In this document: piece after piece, positions 27,401 to 32,000 of the stretch | How positions within the stretch are numbered: position 1 is the first letter of the stretch | Layout of the letters: every line of letters starts with the position of its first letter | Assembly: GCA_031256725.1 (NCBI GenBank) | Contig: JAIRQE010000011.1 | Span: 6,547-38,546, forward strand | Length of the DNA: 32,000 nucleotides | Direction: 5' to 3' | Source of the DNA: Propionibacteriaceae bacterium | GTDB taxonomy: Bacteria > Actinomycetota > Actinomycetes > Propionibacteriales > Propionibacteriaceae | The notes under the pieces: model-generated | Told to the model about the DNA's origin: nothing | What the model saw: the letters and a program-made list of their open reading frames with translations, nothing else | Database searches by the model: none | Translations under genes and position numbers: made by a program

Positions 27401-30400
27401 AGCGAAAGAACTCTTATACTTATTATGATAATGGTTTATCTAGAGCGGTTACTGGTCCCTCTGTCCGTGATTCGGTGACTGGGTCCACTCGTCAAGGCAC
27501 TGTTATTACAGAACTTGATGCGGTTAATCTTCCAGTGAGAATTACCACGAAGGATTTGATGGCTGGTTCTTCTCAAACTGTAGCCTTGACTTATGACAAA
27601 CTGGGGCATATCACAAAGGTAGTGGGGCCTGATGGTGTCACTCAATCGGTCTATGCTTACGACGCTAGGGGTAACCTGACTTCAGAAACAGATGCTCGAG
27701 GGGCGGTAACAAAACACACCTATGATGTGCTGGGACGTGTAATCAAGAGTGTGGCGAGTGGTTACAAGGATCCCAATGTAACTACTACGCGAGACGTAAC
27801 ATTGGCTACCTATACCTGGACTGCGTCGGGCAGAGTAGCTACTGTAAGTGATGTTAATGGTTTAACCCGGGCTTATTCCTATACTCGTGATGGCCTAATT
27901 ACTTCAGTAGTAGCAAAGGGTGTTGATAAGGGTAAAGACCTTGTTGAGATGAAAACCTCGTATGATGCGATGGGGAATCCTATCATGTCATCATATAACA
28001 ATTCTACTAGCACATGGGTAGGAACCTATGATTCACTTGGACAGTTGTCAACATCTGTTGTCAATGGAGCGTTGACTGAGTATTCCTATGATGCTGCTGG
28101 TCGCATGACCATGTCTCGGTTGCGAACTCTTCTAAAAATCGATTCAACTACTACTTTTACTTATGACAAAGCTGGCCGGGTTACTGCAGTAACAGAGGGG
28201 AGTCCACAACGAATTACACGGTACGCGTATAACGAAGCTGGGGAAGTTACGGGCATTACCGACCCTCGCAGTTCGACGGCAGGTGCTGTGGCATGGACTA
28301 CAAATTACACATACGATGCTACTGGGCGTGTAGTCCAAGTGGTTGCACCGTCAGTGACTCTTGAGGGGAAGACGCAAAGACCAACTACGAAAACAGGATA
28401 TGATGTCTTTGGTAGGCCAGTGAAACAGGTTGCTCCCAACGGTGCTATTACCACTGCTACTTATGACGCTGCTGGTAGGGTCACCAAGATTGTGGAGCCT
28501 AGTGTAGTGCTTTCGACGGGTAAAGCACATACCCCAACTTCATCGTGGACGTACAACGGCGCTGGGGATGTGGTGAGTGAAACTCGACCAGATGGGTTGA
28601 AGTCGACTTTTACCTATGACAATTGGGGGCGTTTAGTTAAGGAAGTAGCGCCCGCATCTACCAGTGGTGGATCTACTCGAGTATCAACATGGGCGTATTC
28701 CAATGGAGGGATTCCTGTGTCGATGATTGATCCGCAAGGACGAAAAGTAACTCAGACTGTAAATAATCTGGGGCAAATCATCTCCCAGTCAGTCTATGAA
28801 GGATCCACCGCACTTACCTCAATATATCAGTATAATATTAGTGGAAACCTCATTAAAGTGACAGACCCTCTGGGTAAGTCTCTGACGATTGGTTACGACG
28901 CTAACCAACAGGTTACGAGTGTGAAGGACGCTGATGGTGTTACTAGTGCGTACTCGTACGATGTTGCTGGACGAACAACCAAGGTCGAATCAGGGGGGCA
29001 GACGGCAGTCATGGAGTACAACGGCCTGGGGCATATGGTGGCCATGTCGCATGTGACGGCTGGTGGATTGGTGACTATGGATACAACCAAATACACTTAC
29101 GATGTAGTTGGTAATGTTCTAAGTGTTGCAGGTCCTTTGGGTACGGGTTATTCCAGCACATGGGATGCTCTGAATAACATGCGAAGCTATACCGAGGGTG
29201 CTGCCAAAACCCAACTGGATTACGATTTATTGGGAAATCTAGTTAAAATGGTTGATCCTAGAGGTAATACAACCACAATGGGGTACAACGCCAGACGGCA
29301 GTTGATCAGCGTAGTGGAACCATCAACAACGTCTCATCCCAACGCAGCAGATAGAACATGGACCAATGCTTACGATGTGATGGGTCAAGCTGTGCAGTCT
29401 ATTGCACCTGGGGCGGTGAAAACGACCCGAACATTCAACAGCGATGGCCAGATTTTAACAGAATCAGCATCTGGAGGAGGAGTAGTATCTGCTAGTCGTT
29501 CCTTTACTTATGACGCTACTGGTCTTTTGACTGCTGAAGCTACACCCAAAGGCAATCAAACCTTTGCCTACAACGGGCGCGGTCTTATGAAGAGTTCAGC
29601 TGGACCTCTAGGGACCTCCTCATTTACGTACGATAATGCTGGTCGAGTCACATCTATTAATGATCCTTCAGGTACGACAGCATTAACATGGACAGCTGCT
29701 GGTCGGCTGGCCTCAGCCACAACAAGTGGAGTTAAGAGAGAATTCACTTATAACGGAAGCGGACAGCTAACGGCGCTTTCTCACCCGGGAGGAAAAACTA
29801 TTTACTCCTATGATGGAGCGGGGCGTTTGAGCGGGGAGACCGTGACCAAAGGACTTTTGTCTGTGGTCTACGGATGGACCGGAACCTATGATCAGGCGGG
29901 GCGTCTAGTTAAACAAGAGGTAAAACCCGCTTCAGTGAAAGGCGCAGGAGTAACCTCATATACATACAATACGAGTTCTCGGTTAACTGGATGGACTGAT
30001 CCAAGTGGAGGCAAGCACTCCTTTGCCTATGATTTGGCGGGAAATCTCACTAATAATGATGGATTAGCTGCAACATATGATCAACGCAATCGACTATCTA
30101 AGATGGGGACCACGAGCTACACCTGGAGTCCTCGCGGAACACAAACTCAAGCAGGGAATGTTGGTTATTCCTGGGATGGTTTTGATCGCTTAACTGCGGC
30201 TGGATCAAGTAAATACACATACGACAGTCTCGACCGTTTGGTCTCGTTGGACAATTCTTCCTTTACGTATGCAGGAGCCAACTTGGAACCAGCAGGTGAT
30301 GGTTCGTCCAAATGGACTCGGGTTGGAGACCAGTTGCTGGCTGTTAATCAGAAGCCGGTTGTCCAGGATCATCATGGGGATGTTCGTGCCACAATTGGTG

Positions 30401-31848
30401 GTGACGGAAGTATTGAGTCCAGTGCATCATGGAAACCCTATGGTTCCATACTCGAAGGTTCCACCACATCGGCTCTTGGTTTTCAAGGGCAGTGGACGTC
30501 TGCCACTTCTCTAGTTCACATGCAAGCTCGTTGGTATGATTCCACAACTGGCTCTTTCCTGTCCCGAGATCAAGCAACGCTTCCCGTTACTCAGGCGAAC
30601 AGGTACCAATACGCAGGTGGTAACCCAATTAACAACGCTGATCCAACGGGACAAACGGTATGTGCGTTAGCGGTTCCTTCCCTTCCGACATTCACGTTGT
30701 GTGTGGCCGCATCGGTTGGATCAATTGCCGCAGGATCAAGTGCCAGTGGCGCTGTGAGTATGAGCATCGCATCTGGGACTGCTGCGGGTACTGTTAGTGC
30801 TTCAATAGCAGGAGGTGCTGCTGTTGCTGGCACTACAGCTGGTGGAAGCCTCGCACTCGGAGCAGTTGGTGCAGGGGTTGGTGTAGGGCTATTCCTTGGC
30901 TGGGGTATTTATGCAAGTTATTTAACAGCTGAGATTTTGCGGGATGGCACAGATCTGTTCTACGAGACTCTTGAGTCGCCTTTATATCGAGACGGAGCCG
31001 ATGGAACCTATAGGTATCCTTATTCACCGCAGCGCTACGGATCCTATTTTGACTATCCACAATATCAAGCCTCTATTCGTTTCGCGGCTGAGATATATAC
31101 AAATAGTCAAGCGATTATAAAACAACTGAAAGCTATGATAGCTCGTCTTGCAGATCAGGCTATCTCTGAGATGTATCGCCAGGCTTCGTACTACGTACAG
31201 CAGGTGGTCGCACAAGCAATGAGTAGTATTGCGGCGCAATTAGAAAGACAGATATGGGAATGGGAGCAAGAGTGGAATAAGTATTTTCTTGACCAAGCTA
31301 TGTCTAAGTGGAAATTTGAGTGGGACGATCTTTCTCGCCCAATCGGGGTCTTGCCTATAGACCTTCCACGATTATGCGAATCATCTTCCTCAGCCGAGAC
31401 TTGTAAAGGCTCTGCATTGGATCACGCCCTGGGTGACATGGGTAAACCGGTTGATCTGATTACTTCATTTGCACCCATCGCGTCTTTGCCTGATGATCCA
31501 TCTCCGGGATCGAATTCTGGGAAGGGCGAGTCCCAAACGGATCAGGCTCCTGCCGAAGCTGCTAGAACCGCAGCACAAAACCCATCTAGTGACAGTGATA
31601 CCGCGCCAGCAATTCCGCGCACTAATAAAGAGGCAACGGAAGCAGCCAAGTCGCTTGGTTTCTGGAAGCTGAGAGGACCAGACAGTCACGGGCAGGCGAT
31701 TTTCACTAATGGAAAGGTGGTTATAAGTCTTGATAAAGACAGACATAATGGAGGTGTATGGAAAATGGCCAAAACAAGAGAGGATTTGAAAAGTAAGTCA
31801 ACACGTATGGGTACCTATGATGGTGAATTGAATAGGATTGGTGACTAA
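24457..31848 (+). CDS. RHS/YD-repeat polymorphic toxin with N-terminal signal peptide and long variable C-terminal region
   Basis: 2,463 aa. The signal-like N-terminus is MSGFSRPWLAPAVIVAFSVFITMSPVSSNWSARA. The RHS entry region is IPGGSLAVVRSYRSVD...LGSGWASILD. About 4 kb of degenerate YD repeats follow (YTYD..GR, Y.YD..G type). The core end is RWYDSTTGSFLSRD...NRYQYAGGNPINNADPTGQ (aa 2025-2066, nt 30529-30654). Then come 397 aa of non-repeat sequence. Confidence 0.9.
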   Translation: MSGFSRPWLAPAVIVAFSVFITMSPVSSNWSARADNEVVEEIPVVPANDDSFTPVPLEDISSDNGPGSEDTNDLPGVEESEDSVDQVSDFNPVSVVEEILPESAVVPSSDSLVLDPNSYESVSGAVDATFAPLPSPENPEEVGLLSGAWMDFEPEPIVQPASEPDVLIWQRAGGSSLVSLESPSDGPQASDAPVGLVVSSWPEMNNKQVTDNEVLHPSLRERIVISALYAYIAIMKWVIRVVGSSKPSLKGIAILPVEPLAELIDRVKSLQSVQLKPEGYAINVGLTPVLVASVVNDVEGVLYAYQFTVCPGNTSRGLGACEQSIKPVAQSGWTGPEWRIPEGVLSPDSYYTWTVSVGEVSSSGVPEAASAYNAVRAFSTGGHFIEPPMAAAPSAPSLTLQSPSDGAILSTVKPTLAFSYLTPASGTSFSYSIYVDALDKSLAWQTPPMTSNKSSVSYTLPNLLFWNRGYSWQISAAYWDLKPNIMYVALTPKRTFYPIVPVASEAKIVSDRLAPMDHSVSIASGAYSISVSDASIPIPGGSLAVVRSYRSVDTAVRVLGSGWASILDMSISTPAGAAGPIVRFADGHAESFGTNPNGSYASAPGNLGTTLVKASASTWQVVDDSGFVYTLDSKGLVSMQGGEGAKVTVARNSTGQITAIKDVLSNRALSMTWTGSHVTKIAATPAPSGVSAVWTYQYSGDRLVKACSPYSGTTTRCTSYVYGSSSMPNAITQITEANGAITKISYVNGGVVTSVTDAVNSVWSFSRKSVTGSTEITATAPGSIKTVYIIDSMSRITRLVNALGGVQTWTYDNGGRLAKYSDPDGELAMTFDDEGRVLSRMVWRGSITYSKQYYTYWTTNDAKKGKLRTISDPRSSLGVAPLVSYAYDSKGRVTQAILGPEATGVRTKYAYTTGTESAVGGGVTPAGLLASVTDPMGAVTKWAYASNGLVRTQTSPSGLVTSYAYDSLGRLASESASVSGVERKNSYTYYDNGLSRAVTGPSVRDSVTGSTRQGTVITELDAVNLPVRITTKDLMAGSSQTVALTYDKLGHITKVVGPDGVTQSVYAYDARGNLTSETDARGAVTKHTYDVLGRVIKSVASGYKDPNVTTTRDVTLATYTWTASGRVATVSDVNGLTRAYSYTRDGLITSVVAKGVDKGKDLVEMKTSYDAMGNPIMSSYNNSTSTWVGTYDSLGQLSTSVVNGALTEYSYDAAGRMTMSRLRTLLKIDSTTTFTYDKAGRVTAVTEGSPQRITRYAYNEAGEVTGITDPRSSTAGAVAWTTNYTYDATGRVVQVVAPSVTLEGKTQRPTTKTGYDVFGRPVKQVAPNGAITTATYDAAGRVTKIVEPSVVLSTGKAHTPTSSWTYNGAGDVVSETRPDGLKSTFTYDNWGRLVKEVAPASTSGGSTRVSTWAYSNGGIPVSMIDPQGRKVTQTVNNLGQIISQSVYEGSTALTSIYQYNISGNLIKVTDPLGKSLTIGYDANQQVTSVKDADGVTSAYSYDVAGRTTKVESGGQTAVMEYNGLGHMVAMSHVTAGGLVTMDTTKYTYDVVGNVLSVAGPLGTGYSSTWDALNNMRSYTEGAAKTQLDYDLLGNLVKMVDPRGNTTTMGYNARRQLISVVEPSTTSHPNAADRTWTNAYDVMGQAVQSIAPGAVKTTRTFNSDGQILTESASGGGVVSASRSFTYDATGLLTAEATPKGNQTFAYNGRGLMKSSAGPLGTSSFTYDNAGRVTSINDPSGTTALTWTAAGRLASATTSGVKREFTYNGSGQLTALSHPGGKTIYSYDGAGRLSGETVTKGLLSVVYGWTGTYDQAGRLVKQEVKPASVKGAGVTSYTYNTSSRLTGWTDPSGGKHSFAYDLAGNLTNNDGLAATYDQRNRLSKMGTTSYTWSPRGTQTQAGNVGYSWDGFDRLTAAGSSKYTYDSLDRLVSLDNSSFTYAGANLEPAGDGSSKWTRVGDQLLAVNQKPVVQDHHGDVRATIGGDGSIESSASWKPYGSILEGSTTSALGFQGQWTSATSLVHMQARWYDSTTGSFLSRDQATLPVTQANRYQYAGGNPINNADPTGQTVCALAVPSLPTFTLCVAASVGSIAAGSSASGAVSMSIASGTAAGTVSASIAGGAAVAGTTAGGSLALGAVGAGVGVGLFLGWGIYASYLTAEILRDGTDLFYETLESPLYRDGADGTYRYPYSPQRYGSYFDYPQYQASIRFAAEIYTNSQAIIKQLKAMIARLADQAISEMYRQASYYVQQVVAQAMSSIAAQLERQIWEWEQEWNKYFLDQAMSKWKFEWDDLSRPIGVLPIDLPRLCESSSSAETCKGSALDHALGDMGKPVDLITSFAPIASLPDDPSPGSNSGKGESQTDQAPAEAARTAAQNPSSDSDTAPAIPRTNKEATEAAKSLGFWKLRGPDSHGQAIFTNGKVVISLDKDRHNGGVWKMAKTREDLKSKSTRMGTYDGELNRIGD

Positions 31849-31851
31849 GTC

Positions 31852-32000
31852 ATGGACTTTGAGGATCGATGGGCGGTGTGGCTGCCTGGATTGACGGCGG
31901 CTCAGGCGGATGAGATTGTTGAACTGTCGCAGGAATGGCCTAATATCTTTGTGTCTGATACAGATAGTCCGCAGGATTTCTTGTTTATTCCATGGGGGTA
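31852..32000 (+). CDS. Putative cognate immunity protein (5' part only, truncated by window end)
   Basis: The ATG lies 3 nt after the rhs stop, on the same strand. The ORF is open to the window edge (MDFEDRWAVWLPGLTAAQADEIVELSQEWPNIFVSDTDSPQDFLFIPWG...). The call rests on the canonical toxin-immunity position. I recognise no family. Confidence 0.45.
   Translation, partial: MDFEDRWAVWLPGLTAAQADEIVELSQEWPNIFVSDTDSPQDFLFIPWG

Noticed and set aside
26000-30300. Possible tandem DNA repeat or CRISPR-like periodicity within the rhs gene
   Set aside because: The repetition is only at the degenerate protein-motif level (YD repeats). I saw no exact nucleotide repeats with unique spacers, and there are no cas genes.

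Overview
This window looks like an actinobacterial chromosome segment. It has moderately high G+C, frequent GTG starts and many 1-16 nt start/stop overlaps. About 24 kb is conserved housekeeping synteny. In order: a VanZ/RDD-like membrane protein; three contiguous subunits of a Na+-translocating biotin-dependent decarboxylase (OadG-like, biotin carrier, beta), with no carboxyltransferase gene in view; a TauE/SafE permease; a divergent pair of LMW protein-tyrosine phosphatase plus DUF4230-like protein against a BY-type tyrosine autokinase; a translationally coupled operon of ParA-like ATPase, small RHH-like ORF, scpA, scpB and rluB; a dual-FKBP lipoprotein; gluQ; pafB/pafC-like WYL regulators, a lipid kinase and helY; hisF; a HIT hydrolase; ilvBNC preceded by a terminator-type leader; and a tightly divergent maf/birA pair. 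The last ~7.7 kb is the accessory part and the main candidate for something new. It is a single 7,392-nt gene for a signal-peptide-bearing RHS/YD-repeat polymorphic toxin (2,463 aa). Its ~397-aa region after the DPxG core-end motif is unusually long and modular: a glycine-zipper-like hydrophobic block, an aromatic/Gln-rich helical block, a low-complexity linker, and a 75-aa terminal module whose motif order resembles HicA. A truncated immunity-like ORF starts 3 nt after the rhs stop. I saw no rRNA, tRNA, CRISPR array, transposase or integrase. All family calls come from motif recognition by eye, not database searches.
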